This document shows positions 1-10,609 of a stretch of DNA of 53,754 bases, piece by piece (within the stretch, counting starts at the first letter, position 1; the number at the start of each line of letters is the position of its first letter). The DNA is from Pseudomonadales bacterium (GTDB lineage: Bacteria; Pseudomonadota; Gammaproteobacteria; Pseudomonadales; UBA7239). The position numbers and the translations under genes were made by a program. Location of the stretch: the NCBI GenBank assembly GCA_035456205.1, contig DATIDQ010000027.1:1-53754 (forward strand). The letters are read 5' to 3'. The notes under the pieces are model-generated. The model searched no databases and had not been told where the DNA came from. It was given only the letters and a program-made list of their open reading frames with translations.

Positions 1-71
1 TCACTGACAGCAGGCAAAGTATGAATAACATCCCCCATGGAGGATGTCTTGACGACCAATACCCGCTTCAA
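1..71 (-). CDS. waaC: ADP-heptose:LPS heptosyltransferase I, N-terminal fragment (runs off window)
   Basis: Reverse strand from 71 reads (TTG)-KRVLVVKTSSMGDVIHTLPAVSD, the conserved N-terminal block of WaaC/RfaC. The TTG start overlaps the waaF TGA stop (TTGA). Confidence 0.6.
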   Translation of the reverse strand, partial: MKRVLVVKTSSMGDVIHTLPAVS

Positions 72-1114
72 GCACCAATCCCCACTGCTTGCGGCAAATT
101 TGATAACGCCACTAACACACGTGAAGGCGGCAATGTATTCAGGCAATTCAGATGGCCTAACGGACATTCGCGTTTGAAACATGGGCTGCAGTCCAGCCCC
201 AAGCGGACAATTTCTACTGTATCGGAAAGCGGCGGAGTAAATTGCGGCGATGACGAACCGTATACGGCAACCAGTGGTCGATTTAATGCGGCAGCAATAT
301 GCATCAAACCGGAATCATTACTCACCACAGCATTTGCACAGGAAAGCAAATCAATCGCCTCAGCCAGTTTTGTTTTACCGGCAAGATGATGGCAGTGCGC
401 GCGCTGTGATTCCGGCAAAGCATTCCTGATTGCCTCAGCCACCGGCGCGTCTTTGTCCGACCCAAAAATCCACACCTGCTCTCCGGCAGCAATGCGTTCT
501 GCCGCCACTACAGCATAATGTCTTTCCGGCCAGCGCTTGGAAGGACCAAACTCGGCGCCTGGACACAATGCCAATACCGGACGATCAATACCGAGTTGAT
601 ATTTTTGTAAAGCTGCCTTTCGTTCATCATCGTTGATAAGCAGTGCCGGATGTGGCAATTTTTCCGGCAGCGCTGTACTTTCCGGAAAGGCCAGTGCGGC
701 GAACCGCTCGATCATCAGCGGATATTTTTCCTTATCCAACTGGCGAATATCATTCAACAAGCCGTAACGCATTTCACCGCACCAACCCGTGCGCTGCGGT
801 ATGGCTGCAAAAAATGGTACCAATGCAGACTTCCATGAGTTGGGCAGCAAGATGGCCTGCTGATATTTTCCACGCAGCGAGGAGCCAATATTTTTGCGCG
901 CACCAAACCCGAATTCACCATGCTGCAAGGGCAAATCAAAACTGGCGCGCACTTCCGGCATTCGCGCCAGCAACGGCGCACTCCATGCCGGCGCCAATAC
1001 ATCAATGGCAATATCCGGTTGTTGCTGTTTCAACACACGAAACAATACTTGTGCCATCACCATGTCACCGACCCATGCGGGACCGATAACAAGAATGGCA
1101 TTTGCAGAAGGCAT
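68..1114 (-). CDS. waaF: ADP-heptose:LPS heptosyltransferase II
   Basis: 348-aa ORF with N-terminus ILVIGPAWVGDMVMAQ and a GT9 heptosyltransferase layout. The waaC-waaF-ilvE-glnE order matches pseudomonads. Confidence 0.88.
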   Translation of the reverse strand: MPSANAILVIGPAWVGDMVMAQVLFRVLKQQQPDIAIDVLAPAWSAPLLARMPEVRASFDLPLQHGEFGFGARKNIGSSLRGKYQQAILLPNSWKSALVPFFAAIPQRTGWCGEMRYGLLNDIRQLDKEKYPLMIERFAALAFPESTALPEKLPHPALLINDDERKAALQKYQLGIDRPVLALCPGAEFGPSKRWPERHYAVVAAERIAAGEQVWIFGSDKDAPVAEAIRNALPESQRAHCHHLAGKTKLAEAIDLLSCANAVVSNDSGLMHIAAALNRPLVAVYGSSSPQFTPPLSDTVEIVRLGLDCSPCFKRECPLGHLNCLNTLPPSRVLVALSNLPQAVGIGA

Positions 1115-1135
1115 TGTGTGGAGTCGCAGGCTCGG

Positions 1136-2062
1136 TTACGCCACCGGCGTCAGCCACTCTGAAAACTGCGAGCGACGACCCTTGACCTGATCAAAATACA
1201 GACTCTGCAATTTCTCAGTGATAGGGCCACGCTTTCCTGCGCCAATAGCGCGACCATCCAGCTCGCGAATCGGCGTTACCTCTGCAGCAGTGCCTGTAAA
1301 AAATGCTTCATCGGCAATATAGACCTCATCGCGAGTAATGCGTTTCTCTACCACTTCACAGCCGATTTCTTTTGCAAGGTGGAAAATAGTATTGCGCGTG
1401 ATACCGTTCAGGCACGCGGTCAGCTCCGGCGTATACAGCACACCATCTTTCACCAGAAAAATATTTTCTCCGGAACCTTCAGCAACATATCCCTCCGGAT
1501 CCAGCAACAAGGCTTCTTCCGCGCCACCAGATAGCGCTTCATTCAGCGCCAACATGGAATTGATGTAGTGACCATTGGCTTTTGCGCGCGTCATTGAAAT
1601 ATTAACGTGATGGCGTGTATATGAACTGGTGCGAACCTTGATACCGCTCTGCAGCGCTTCGTCGCCCATGTATGCGCCCCATGACCAGGCAGCAACAATC
1701 ACATGCACCGTCAAACCTTTTGCACGTAAACCCATAGCTTCCGATCCATAAAACACCATCGGACGAAGATAGGCCGAAGGAAGATGATTTTCACGCACTG
1801 CAGCACGTTGTGCCTCGTTAATTTCTTCTTTAGAAAACGGGATCACCATATTCATGATTTTTGCGGAATCAAAAAGACGATTGGTATGTTCCTGCAACCG
1901 GAAAATAGCTGTACCTTTCGATTCGGTTTCGTAAGCGCGCACGCCTTCAAAAACACCCATGCCATAATGCAGTGTGTGCGTAAGAACGTGAACCTTGGCA
2001 TCACGCCACGGAACCATCTTGCCATCAAACCAGATCAGACCATCGCGATCCGCCATACTCAT
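1136..2062 (-). CDS. ilvE: branched-chain amino acid aminotransferase
   Basis: 308 aa, class IV aminotransferase-like throughout (GMGVFEGVRAY..., ...GTAAEVTPIRELDGR). Confidence 0.92.
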   Translation of the reverse strand: MSMADRDGLIWFDGKMVPWRDAKVHVLTHTLHYGMGVFEGVRAYETESKGTAIFRLQEHTNRLFDSAKIMNMVIPFSKEEINEAQRAAVRENHLPSAYLRPMVFYGSEAMGLRAKGLTVHVIVAAWSWGAYMGDEALQSGIKVRTSSYTRHHVNISMTRAKANGHYINSMLALNEALSGGAEEALLLDPEGYVAEGSGENIFLVKDGVLYTPELTACLNGITRNTIFHLAKEIGCEVVEKRITRDEVYIADEAFFTGTAAEVTPIRELDGRAIGAGKRGPITEKLQSLYFDQVKGRRSQFSEWLTPVA

Positions 2063-2110
2063 AATATATCTCCGTAATTCACAAAAAAATTCAAAAAACA
2101 GTTTAAAAAA

Positions 2111-5038
2111 TCATGTCTGCAGTGAACTGAATACCTGTTGCCAGACTTGCTGGATCAAAGCGCGCTCAGCAATCAATTCACTAGCAGGCAAACGCGCGGG
2201 CAATCCGAGTAAAACACAACGATGGCCGCGGCCGCGCAGCACGCGGTACGCTTCCATTAAATCCTCTGCTTGTCTGAGAGACAGGGCATTGCTAGCTGCC
2301 AGCTGTTCGAGGATACGGATATTGTCAGTCCATATCAGTAAGTCAGGGTACGCATGACCCCACGCCAAGACCGCATATTGAACCAGAAATTCCAGATCGA
2401 CGATACCGCCGACCCCCTGCTTCAGATCGAATACAGCAGGATCCTTACTGTCGAGTTGCTCACGCATCTTGTTGCGCATATCCACCACTTCACGCGCTAA
2501 CTGTGCAGTATCCCTTTGGCGACCCAGTACACGTGCGCGCACAGCTGCAAATTTTTCTGCCAGGCTCGGGCACCCCGCTACGACACGTGTACGTACAAGC
2601 GCCTGATGCTCCCATGTCCAGGCATCATTTTCCTGATAACGCTCGAAGCTTTTCAGACTTGCCACCAGCAAACCGGAATTACCTGACGGGCGCAGACGCA
2701 TATCCACTTCATACAGGATGCCATTCACCGTGCGAGCATTAAGAATGTGGATAATTTTCTGACCAAGACGCGCAAAAAAAACACTATTCTCGATAGTCAC
2801 CTGACCCATTGCGCTGTCCGCTACTGTTTCACCACTAACAGCATCATGAATAAATACCAGATCCAGATCAGAGCCATGACCAAGCTCCAACCCCCCAAGC
2901 TTTCCGTAACCGACAATGACAAATCCCGGGTCACAAGCACTGCCGTCTTCATGCTGTGGCACACCATGTTTTTGTGTCAGTGGTTTCCATACCATCTGCA
3001 ATACATAGGCCAGAATGACTTCAGCAAGAAACGTCAGATAATCACTGACTTTCATCAGAGATAAACGCCCTGTCACTTCGCAAGCTGCCGCCCGCAAACT
3101 ATGCGAGCGCTTGAAATGACGCAATGCTTCCATCTGTGCTTCCAGATCATCTTCCGGAATATGTGACATCTGCGCCAGCAATAAATTTCGCAGTTCTTCA
3201 CGCGAAGGAGCGATATCGCGATACAGGTTGCGTGGATCAATCAATTCATCCAGCAATACTGGTGCAGCTGCTAATTGTTCGGCAATCCAGCTGCTGGCAG
3301 CAACTAACAGCACAAGCTGCTTGAACGCATGCGCACTTTCAATCAACAACACAAGATACGCCGAGCGACGCAACACCGCGCGCAATAACGGCAATAATCT
3401 TGCAAATACCACATCCGGTTGAGGCGAATTTGACAACTCTTTCAACAACAACGGCATAAAACGATTCAGGCGTTCACGGCCCTCTGTTGGCAAAACCATC
3501 AAGGATTTATCACCATGCCACGCTGTCAGTAACGGCTGCAACAGTGCAGCATTCTGGAAACCCAGATTTTGCAACTCTATGGACGTAACTTCACCATCCC
3601 CTGCACTTTCCCATAAATACTGCCACTGGTTTTCCTGCTCTGTATTTTTTTCTTCTGGCAGTGGCGCAATCACTGCAGTAAAAATACGTTGCACGTTACT
3701 GCGATGTTCTTGTAACGCTTTATAAAAATTATCCCAACAAGAAAATCCCAATAACCAGGCCAGTCGCCATTTCTGTTTATCGTCGCGCGGCAACATCTGT
3801 GTTTGCTCGTCTCGCCATGCCTGTAAAAGATGCTCTGTATCACGCAAGAAGTAGTAGGCATTTTTCAGACATGCAACATCGTCCGCTGCCATGAACCCTT
3901 TGCTTTCAAGCTGCGACAACATAGGAATCACAGGTGCTGGCTGTAAATCCCGATCACGCCCACCGTGAACCAGCTGGAACGATTGCACAATAAATTCAAT
4001 TTCGCGAATACCACCCTGGCCGAGCTTGACGTTGTCGTTCATCCCACGCTTGGCCATTTCGCGTTCGATCTGGCACTTCAGGTCACGCAATGCTGCAATG
4101 GCAGCAAAATCCAGATAACGCCTGAATGTAAACCGACGCAACATGTCCATCAAAGGCGCGGCCTGTTTTTCGTTGCCAACAATCAGACGCACCTTGATCA
4201 TGGCATACCGCTCCCAGTCGCGGCCCTGCTGCTGATAGTATTGTTCCATGGCATCATAATTTAACGCCAATGCACCACTGTCACCGTATGGACGCAGACG
4301 CATATCTACACGAAAAACAAAACCATCCACTGTAGGTTTATCAATAACAGCAATTAATTTCTGGCCCAATCTGGTGAAAAAATCCCGATTCATCACGGGC
4401 CTTCGGCCATTGGTCTCGCCGCTTTCATCATAGGCAAAAATCAGATCAATATCCGAAGACAAATTAAGCTCAAATGCACCGAGTTTTCCCATGCCAAGCA
4501 CAAGAAAAGATTGCGGCTGGCCAGATTCACTACAGGGCTCCCCAAGCTCGCTGCAAAGACGAGGGTAAAGAAAATCAACTGCACTGCGCACGCTGATATC
4601 AGCTAACGCGGATAAAGCTGCTGTAGTTTCCAGTGTCACTGCACGACGCGTAATATCGCGCCAGATAATCCGGATCATTTGCTGCTGGCGAAATAGTCGT
4701 AGCACACGCATCAACGCTTCTTCGCTATCAACTGTCGATAACAAAACACCAAGTTCTAATGCAAGTACTTTTTCTAACGGCTGCCTGTCAACCAGCAAAA
4801 CACCAGTAGATGATTCTTCAAACAGCTCTCGCAACCATTGCGGTTGTCGACAACACCAGTCAAAGACAAACTGGCTTCCGATCCACACGCGCGCCAGCTC
4901 GGATATAAAAACAGAATCCTGCTGTTTTTCTGAAAACCAGACACGATTTTCAGCATCCAGTTTGTCTATAAATGTTTGTTGCAAGCGCAAGAATTCGCCT
5001 TGCTCTTCTTCCGGCAGTAACAGTACAGGGTATTCCAT
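2111..5038 (-). CDS. glnE: bifunctional glutamine synthetase adenylyltransferase/adenylyl-removing enzyme
   Basis: ~975 aa with two nucleotidyltransferase repeats (GMGKLGAFELNLSSDIDLIF and GYGKLGGLELGHGSDLDLVF). I prefer the ATG at 5038 (MEYPVLLL) over the TTG at 5041. That ATG shares one base with the upstream TGA stop (TGATG). Confidence 0.92.
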   Translation of the reverse strand: MEYPVLLLPEEEQGEFLRLQQTFIDKLDAENRVWFSEKQQDSVFISELARVWIGSQFVFDWCCRQPQWLRELFEESSTGVLLVDRQPLEKVLALELGVLLSTVDSEEALMRVLRLFRQQQMIRIIWRDITRRAVTLETTAALSALADISVRSAVDFLYPRLCSELGEPCSESGQPQSFLVLGMGKLGAFELNLSSDIDLIFAYDESGETNGRRPVMNRDFFTRLGQKLIAVIDKPTVDGFVFRVDMRLRPYGDSGALALNYDAMEQYYQQQGRDWERYAMIKVRLIVGNEKQAAPLMDMLRRFTFRRYLDFAAIAALRDLKCQIEREMAKRGMNDNVKLGQGGIREIEFIVQSFQLVHGGRDRDLQPAPVIPMLSQLESKGFMAADDVACLKNAYYFLRDTEHLLQAWRDEQTQMLPRDDKQKWRLAWLLGFSCWDNFYKALQEHRSNVQRIFTAVIAPLPEEKNTEQENQWQYLWESAGDGEVTSIELQNLGFQNAALLQPLLTAWHGDKSLMVLPTEGRERLNRFMPLLLKELSNSPQPDVVFARLLPLLRAVLRRSAYLVLLIESAHAFKQLVLLVAASSWIAEQLAAAPVLLDELIDPRNLYRDIAPSREELRNLLLAQMSHIPEDDLEAQMEALRHFKRSHSLRAAACEVTGRLSLMKVSDYLTFLAEVILAYVLQMVWKPLTQKHGVPQHEDGSACDPGFVIVGYGKLGGLELGHGSDLDLVFIHDAVSGETVADSAMGQVTIENSVFFARLGQKIIHILNARTVNGILYEVDMRLRPSGNSGLLVASLKSFERYQENDAWTWEHQALVRTRVVAGCPSLAEKFAAVRARVLGRQRDTAQLAREVVDMRNKMREQLDSKDPAVFDLKQGVGGIVDLEFLVQYAVLAWGHAYPDLLIWTDNIRILEQLAASNALSLRQAEDLMEAYRVLRGRGHRCVLLGLPARLPASELIAERALIQQVWQQVFSSLQT

Positions 5039-6828
5039 CAAGTAAATCTGTCCAGTGCAGGTGCAACACGCATCACTTCTTCAATAGTCGTGAGACCGGC
5101 TGCCACTTTCTGGGCGCCTGAAAGTCGCAATGTCCTCATGCCGTCACGCATAGCCAGTTGACGCACTTGCACCAGATCTGTTTTGTCGCTGATCAATTCT
5201 TTTACGCTGTCGGTAAATTGCAGGATTTCATAGATGCCTTCACGCCCCCTGTATCCCGTGTTACGACATTCCAGACAACCCACCGGTTTGTATCCGCGCG
5301 CCGGTGTCGCCACTTTCCAGGGAGTTGTCAGCGACTTCCACGCATCTTCAGTAATTGTAGTTTCTTCTTTGCAATGCACACACAATCTACGCACCAGTCG
5401 CTGCGCCATCACCCCCAACAAGGAGGAACGCAATAAATACGCAGGCACACCGAGATCCAGCAAACGCGAAATGGTGCTGGGCGCATCATTGGTATGCAGC
5501 GTCGACAACACCAGATGTCCTGTCATCGCAGCCTGCACCGCCATATCTGCAGTTTCCTGATCGCGGATCTCACCGATCATGATAATGTCCGGATCTTGCC
5601 GCATCAGCGTGCGCACTCCTGTGGCAAAATCAAGATCAATACTGCGATTCACCTGCATCTGGTTAAAAGCTTCTTCTACCATTTCGATCGGATCTTCAAT
5701 AGTTGATACATTGACATCCGGTGTAGCAATCTGTTTTAACGACGAATACAACGTAGTGGTTTTACCTGAACCCGTGGGACCCGTGACCAATAAAATACCG
5801 TTGGGTTGATTGATCAAACTCGTCCAGCGTTTTAAATCATCACCGATCAATCCAAGTTCCGGAAATGTTTTAACCAGAATTTCAGGATCGAAAATACGCA
5901 TCACCAGTTTTTCGCCAAATGCAGTTGGCAATGTCGACATCCGCAGCTCTACTTCACTGCCATCCGGTTTTTGTGTCTTGATGCGGCCATCCTGTGGTTT
6001 GCGTTTTTCCGCAATATTCATGCGACCAAGTATTTTCAGGCGACTTGTCACCGCAATCATGACGCGCGCAGGCAATTCATATACCTGATGCAAAACACCA
6101 TCAATTCTGAAGCGTACGTTTCCTACTTCCCGACGAGGTTCAATGTGGATATCACTCGCCCGTTGCGCAAAAGCATATTGCAACATCCAGTCGACTATAT
6201 TGACGATATGCTGATCATTAGCTTCCGGATCTTTCAGTTCTGATAACTTCAGCAATTGCTCGAAATTACCAATCCCGATATTGTTGCCATAATCCATATC
6301 ACTCGCATCAGACACAGATTTCGCCAGCGAATAGAATTCCACTGTAAAGCGTGCCAGATCGCTAGGTTTGACAACGACCCGGCGAATCTCACGTTTCGCG
6401 GTATGCTTCAAATCCGTTTCCCAGGAATAAATCCACGGCTGTGTGCTGGCAACAAGAATTTCATCCTTGCCAGCCTGCACACACAGAATCTGATGCCGTT
6501 TGGCAAATGCAAACGACATCACTGCAGTTGTTTTACTCACATCAATCTTGAGTGGATCAATGTTGTAATACGGCTGCCCGGATTTCTCGGCCATCCAGTT
6601 TGTCAGTCGCTCTTCATCCAGCAACTTGCCAGGACGAAGCTGGTCCTGCAGATTGCTTTTGGCAATAAAAGCCAGCGGATGCAGCAGGGCGTTTTCACGT
6701 GAGCGCGGCGAACCTGCGAGAAAGTTAGCGTCGCGTTTATCCAGCAGGCCGTCGGCCACCAGTTCATCCAGGGTGTTGCGCAGGTCAAGCAAACGCTCCG
6801 GCGGCCTGGCTTTGGCTGTGTTGTTCAT
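5038..6828 (-). CDS. GspE/PilB-family secretion ATPase (orphan; no cognate platform or pilin genes nearby)
   Basis: 596 aa. Has an N-terminal T2SSE_N-like region (PYYNIDPLKIDVSKTTAVMSFAFAKRHQILCV), Walker A GPTGSGKTTT, His box LVLSTLHTNDA and a tetracysteine CVHC...CLEC. The GGGGG Shine-Dalgarno lies 4 nt upstream of the ATG. Confidence 0.85.
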   Translation of the reverse strand: MNNTAKARPPERLLDLRNTLDELVADGLLDKRDANFLAGSPRSRENALLHPLAFIAKSNLQDQLRPGKLLDEERLTNWMAEKSGQPYYNIDPLKIDVSKTTAVMSFAFAKRHQILCVQAGKDEILVASTQPWIYSWETDLKHTAKREIRRVVVKPSDLARFTVEFYSLAKSVSDASDMDYGNNIGIGNFEQLLKLSELKDPEANDQHIVNIVDWMLQYAFAQRASDIHIEPRREVGNVRFRIDGVLHQVYELPARVMIAVTSRLKILGRMNIAEKRKPQDGRIKTQKPDGSEVELRMSTLPTAFGEKLVMRIFDPEILVKTFPELGLIGDDLKRWTSLINQPNGILLVTGPTGSGKTTTLYSSLKQIATPDVNVSTIEDPIEMVEEAFNQMQVNRSIDLDFATGVRTLMRQDPDIIMIGEIRDQETADMAVQAAMTGHLVLSTLHTNDAPSTISRLLDLGVPAYLLRSSLLGVMAQRLVRRLCVHCKEETTITEDAWKSLTTPWKVATPARGYKPVGCLECRNTGYRGREGIYEILQFTDSVKELISDKTDLVQVRQLAMRDGMRTLRLSGAQKVAAGLTTIEEVMRVAPALDRFT

Positions 6829-6881
6829 GAAAACCCCCTGGATGCTACAGAGCGATTGTAGCCTCTTACAACGTCCACAAA

Positions 6882-6906
6882 CAAAAACGCCCCGTTTCCG
6901 GGGCGT
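6882..6906 (-). terminator. rho-independent terminator downstream of the cytochrome c5 gene
   Basis: Perfect 8-bp stem acgccccg/cggggcgt (6887-6894 and 6899-6906) with a 4-nt loop. It is followed on the minus strand by TTTTTG. Confidence 0.7.
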
Positions 6907-6928
6907 CTTCTAATAGCGTGCAGTAATT

Positions 6929-7348
6929 TTATTTACCAATCTTGCTCAACATATAGTCAACGGCACCTTTCAGTTCGTCATCCGAACAGGCAAAACACAG
7001 ACCTTTAGCTGGCATACCATTAAACCCGTTTTCAGCACTTTTATAGAGACCTTCCTTGCCTTTAGCAGCAAAGCGTGGACCCCAAGCCGCAGCATCGCCA
7101 ACTTTGGGAGCGCCGGCAGCGCCCGTGGAGTGGCAGCTGGTACAAGTTGTGTTGAACACCTGCTCGCCTGTCTTGGCAGCACCGCCAGAACTAGCCGCTG
7201 CAGCAGAAGCACAAGGCTGCCCCTGCAAGCATGTCTGACCGACCGGGGCGGTATTGGCCGCTGCGTTGTCCTCCGCCTGCGCAGAAAAAATACCAGCTAT
7301 TGCAGCGCTGGCCACCAGAACAGATAGAGTTTTAGCAAATAATTTCAC
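6929..7348 (-). CDS. cytochrome c5-type monohaem c cytochrome (periplasmic)
   Basis: Haem motif CTSCH and distal GMPAKG. The CFAC pair is typical of c5. Signal peptide KLFAKTLSVLVASAAIAGIFSAQA. The GTG at 7348 has a GGAGA Shine-Dalgarno, and the upstream 11 codons of the track ORF lack one. Confidence 0.8.
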   Translation of the reverse strand: MKLFAKTLSVLVASAAIAGIFSAQAEDNAAANTAPVGQTCLQGQPCASAAAASSGGAAKTGEQVFNTTCTSCHSTGAAGAPKVGDAAAWGPRFAAKGKEGLYKSAENGFNGMPAKGLCFACSDDELKGAVDYMLSKIGK

Positions 7349-7389
7349 AAGTATCTCCCAAGACGGACGGTAACGGCACAATTATAACC

Positions 7390-8508
7390 TTATCGGTCTT
7401 CAAAGAATGATTTCATGCTATCAAACCATGAAGATTTTCTGGGGGAGTTATTGGAGCCCTCGGTACTCGCCTGAAACTGCCGCAGGATATCTTTTTGTTG
7501 CTTGTTCAATTTAACAGGGGTTTCTACTGCCACCTTGCAGATAAGGTCACCCGCAGCCCCTCCCCGTACAGGCACTACCCCCTTCCCGCGCAAACGAAAC
7601 AGCTTTCCGGTCTGGGTTTCTTCCGGCACTTTCAGCATCACTTTGCCATCCAGCGTAGGAACCCCGATCTCGCCACCCAAGGCGGCATCCACAAAGCTGA
7701 TTGGCACTTCGCAGTAAAGATTCTTGCCTTCGCGCTCAAAAATCTTGTGGGGCCGCACGTTGATCTGCACATACAGATCGCCACTCGGGCCACCCGCTGT
7801 ACCCGCTTCCCCCTCGCCTGCCAGACGAATACGGTCACCATTATCCACACCCGGCGGAATTTTTACTGATAACGTTTTTTCTTCTTCCGTACGTCCATTG
7901 CCACGGCAACTGGTACACGGGTCGCTGATAATCGTGCCGCGCCCACGGCACGTGGGGCAAGCTTGTTGTACGGCAAAGAACCCCTGTTGCATGCGCACCT
8001 GCCCGACACCACCGCAGGTATTGCACGTAACAGGTTTGGAGCCGGGTTTGGCGCCCGTACCTTCGCAAGGTTTACAAGCAACCAGTGTAGGAATCCGGAT
8101 TTTAGTGGTGGTGCCGTGTACTGCTTCTTCAAGATCCACGTCCAGGTTGTAACGTAAATCTGATCCACGCTGTGGTCCGCTGCGTGAACGCGAACGTCCG
8201 CCACCGCCAAAAATATCGCCAAACACATCACCAAAAATATCACCAAAGCCAGCACCGGCACCGCCACCACCCATGCCACCCTGTTCAAAGGCTGCGTGAC
8301 CCATACGATCGTAAGCGGCGCGTTTTTGTTCGTCGCTCAATATCTCATAGGCTTCTGACGCTTCCTTGAATTTTTCTTCGGCATCCTTGTCATCCGAATT
8401 GCGGTCAGGATGGAATTTCATGGCAATGCGACGATACGATTTCTTGATTTCCGCTTCGTCTGCGTCACGCTTGACACCGAGTACTTCGTAATAATCCCGC
8501 TTGGCCAT
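7390..8508 (-). CDS. dnaJ: molecular chaperone DnaJ
   Basis: [13 protein letters not shown]-domain with HPD, a G/F-rich linker and four CxxCxGxG zinc-finger repeats. Start taken at the MAKRDYY methionine. Confidence 0.96.
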   Translation of the reverse strand: MAKRDYYEVLGVKRDADEAEIKKSYRRIAMKFHPDRNSDDKDAEEKFKEASEAYEILSDEQKRAAYDRMGHAAFEQGGMGGGGAGAGFGDIFGDVFGDIFGGGGRSRSRSGPQRGSDLRYNLDVDLEEAVHGTTTKIRIPTLVACKPCEGTGAKPGSKPVTCNTCGGVGQVRMQQGFFAVQQACPTCRGRGTIISDPCTSCRGNGRTEEEKTLSVKIPPGVDNGDRIRLAGEGEAGTAGGPSGDLYVQINVRPHKIFEREGKNLYCEVPISFVDAALGGEIGVPTLDGKVMLKVPEETQTGKLFRLRGKGVVPVRGGAAGDLICKVAVETPVKLNKQQKDILRQFQASTEGSNNSPRKSSWFDSMKSFFEDR

Positions 8509-8551
8509 TTCGCTATCTCTTTTCAACCATCTTTATTTTAAAAATAAATTG

Positions 8552-8583
8552 TATAAACACAAAAGCGCGGAAAAACCGCGCTC
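8552..8583 (-). terminator. hairpin between dnaK and dnaJ (partial terminator/attenuator)
   Basis: 7-bp GC-rich stem agcgcgg/ccgcgct (8564-8570 and 8576-8582) with a 5-nt loop. It is followed on the minus strand by TTTTGTGTTT. Confidence 0.5.
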
Positions 8584-8609
8584 TGTGTTTTCTTTCTCAT
8601 ATCAAGAAA

Positions 8610-10514
8610 TTATTTATCTTTGACTTCTTCAAACTCTGCATCAACCACATCGTCACCGCCTCTTGCCTGCTCTCCAGCATCACCAGACTGCGCTGCCGCA
8701 TCGGCATACATTTTCTGGGCAAGACTGCCGGATACTTCTGACAATTTTTGCGCGGCAGATTCAATGCGCTCCTTGTCTTCCGTTTTTACCGCCTCATCCA
8801 CTTCCTTCAGAGCTGCTTCGATAGCCGATTTTTCTTCGTCTGATGCTTTGTCACCGGCTTCTGCCAAAGTTTTGCGCGTAGCATGCGCAAGGCCTTCTGC
8901 CATATTGCGCGCAGTGACAATTTCTTCAAACTTTTTATCCGCTTCAGCATTCGCTTCCGCGTCACGCACCATCTGCTGGATCTCGGCATCACTCAAACCG
9001 GAAGACGCTTTGATCACAATGGATTGCTGCTTACCCGTTGCTTTATCTTTCGCGCTGACATTCAGGATGCCGTTAGCATCAATATCGAACGTCACCTCGA
9101 TTTGCGGCATACCACGAGGTGCAGGCGGGATATCGCTGAGATCAAAACGACCGAGCGATTTGTTTTGCGATGCCTGTTTGCGCTCACCCTGCACAACATG
9201 GATAGTCACTGCTGCCTGATTGTCGTCAGCTGTTGAAAAGACATTGGATTTACGCGTCGGGATCGTGGTGTTTTTCTCGATCAATGGCGTGGCAACACCA
9301 CCCATCGTTTCGATACCCAATGTCAACGGCGTGACATCCAGCAGCAACACGTCTTTCACATCGCCAGACAGAATTGCACCTTGATATGCAGCGCCAATCG
9401 CCACCGCTTCATCAGGGTTTACATCCTTGCGTGGTTCTTTGCCGAAAAAGGCTTTCACTTTTTCCTGCACCAGTGGCATGCGTGTCTGGCCGCCGACGAG
9501 AATCACATCTTCAATGTCAGACACTTTCAAACCGGCATCAGCCAGAGCAATTTTCACTGGTGCCATAGAGCGATCAACCAGACCTTCTACCAAAGCCTCC
9601 AGTTTGGCGCGTGACAATTTCACCACCAGATGTTTCGGGCCAGTGGCATCCGCCGTGATGTAAGGCAAATTTACTTCTGTCTGTTGTGAAGAAGACAATT
9701 CAATCTTCGCTTTTTCAGCGGCTTCTTTCAGGCGCTGCATCGCCAGCGGATCACCTTTCAGGTTCACGCTATTGCTTTTCTTGAATTCCTCTGCAAGATA
9801 ATCAATCAATGCCAAGTCGAAATCTTCACCGCCGAGGAACGTATCACCATTAGTCGATAACACTTCAAACTGGTGCTCACCATCCACTTCTGCAATTTCG
9901 ATAATGGAGATGTCGAACGTGCCGCCACCCAGATCGTACACAGCAATTTTGCGATCACCTTCCTGTTTGTCCATACCAAAAGCAATCGCAGCAGCGGTTG
10001 GCTCATTGATAATACGTTTTACTTCCAGGCCCGCAATACGGCCAGCGTCTTTCGTAGCCTGGCGCTGCGAATCATTGAAGTAGGCCGGCACGGTGATAAC
10101 CGCTTCTGTCACTGCTTCGCCAAGATAATCTTCGGCTGTTTTTTTCATTTTCTTCAATACTTCGGCAGAAATTTGTGGTGGCGCTTTCTTGTCACCCTTT
10201 ACATCCACCCATGCATCGCCGTTATCAGCAGCCACAATCTTGTACGGCACCATGCTGATATCTTTTTGCACGACATCATCTTTGAAACGACGACCGATCA
10301 GACGCTTCACCGCAAACAATGTATTGGTGGGATTGGTGACGGCCTGCCGTTTTGCGCTCTGGCCGACCAGCACTTCGCCGTCGTCGGTAAACGCAACAAT
10401 CGATGGCGTGGTGCGATCACCTTCCGCATTCTCGATCACTTTCACTTTGTCGCCTTCAAGAATCGCCACACAAGAATTGGTGGTGCCGAGGTCGATACCG
10501 ATAATTTTACCCAT
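8610..10514 (-). CDS. dnaK: molecular chaperone DnaK (Hsp70)
   Basis: [17 protein letters not shown]... Hsp70 signatures throughout. The ATG at 10514 has a GGAGA Shine-Dalgarno. The 12 upstream codons in the track ORF are not conserved N-terminus. Confidence 0.97.
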   Translation of the reverse strand: MGKIIGIDLGTTNSCVAILEGDKVKVIENAEGDRTTPSIVAFTDDGEVLVGQSAKRQAVTNPTNTLFAVKRLIGRRFKDDVVQKDISMVPYKIVAADNGDAWVDVKGDKKAPPQISAEVLKKMKKTAEDYLGEAVTEAVITVPAYFNDSQRQATKDAGRIAGLEVKRIINEPTAAAIAFGMDKQEGDRKIAVYDLGGGTFDISIIEIAEVDGEHQFEVLSTNGDTFLGGEDFDLALIDYLAEEFKKSNSVNLKGDPLAMQRLKEAAEKAKIELSSSQQTEVNLPYITADATGPKHLVVKLSRAKLEALVEGLVDRSMAPVKIALADAGLKVSDIEDVILVGGQTRMPLVQEKVKAFFGKEPRKDVNPDEAVAIGAAYQGAILSGDVKDVLLLDVTPLTLGIETMGGVATPLIEKNTTIPTRKSNVFSTADDNQAAVTIHVVQGERKQASQNKSLGRFDLSDIPPAPRGMPQIEVTFDIDANGILNVSAKDKATGKQQSIVIKASSGLSDAEIQQMVRDAEANAEADKKFEEIVTARNMAEGLAHATRKTLAEAGDKASDEEKSAIEAALKEVDEAVKTEDKERIESAAQKLSEVSGSLAQKMYADAAAQSGDAGEQARGGDDVVDAEFEEVKDK

Positions 10515-10580
10515 GATATTTCTCCACATGCGCCGCGAGGCGACTTTCAATTACCCAGGTGTTAACACTGGCTTGGTAGG

Positions 10581-10609
10581 TATATTGGTCTGATAAAAAA
10601 AAATTCAAG
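10581..10609 (-). promoter_or_regulatory. candidate sigma32 promoter for dnaK-dnaJ
   Basis: Minus strand reads CCTTGAA-N15-CCAATATA. The -35 is perfect and overlaps the last grpE codons. The -10 only partly matches CCCCATnT. Confidence 0.4.

Noticed and set aside
21-389. A 122-aa plus-strand ORF at the window start.
   Set aside because: It lies antisense to waaF/waaC and has no recognisable features.
6649-6828. A possible MshEN-type c-di-GMP binding motif in the N-terminus of the orphan GspE-like ATPase.
   Set aside because: The segment TLDELVADGLLDKRDANFLAG has the hydrophobic spacing of the RLGxxLLxxGLIxxxxLxxxLxxQ motif. It lacks the Arg and Gln positions as I remember them. I therefore make no claim, only a suggestion to test.
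9873-10565. A 230-aa ORF antisense to dnaK.
   Set aside because: It is a shadow ORF on the opposite strand of a highly conserved gene, with no start context and a low-complexity composition. The same applies to 8620..9219.
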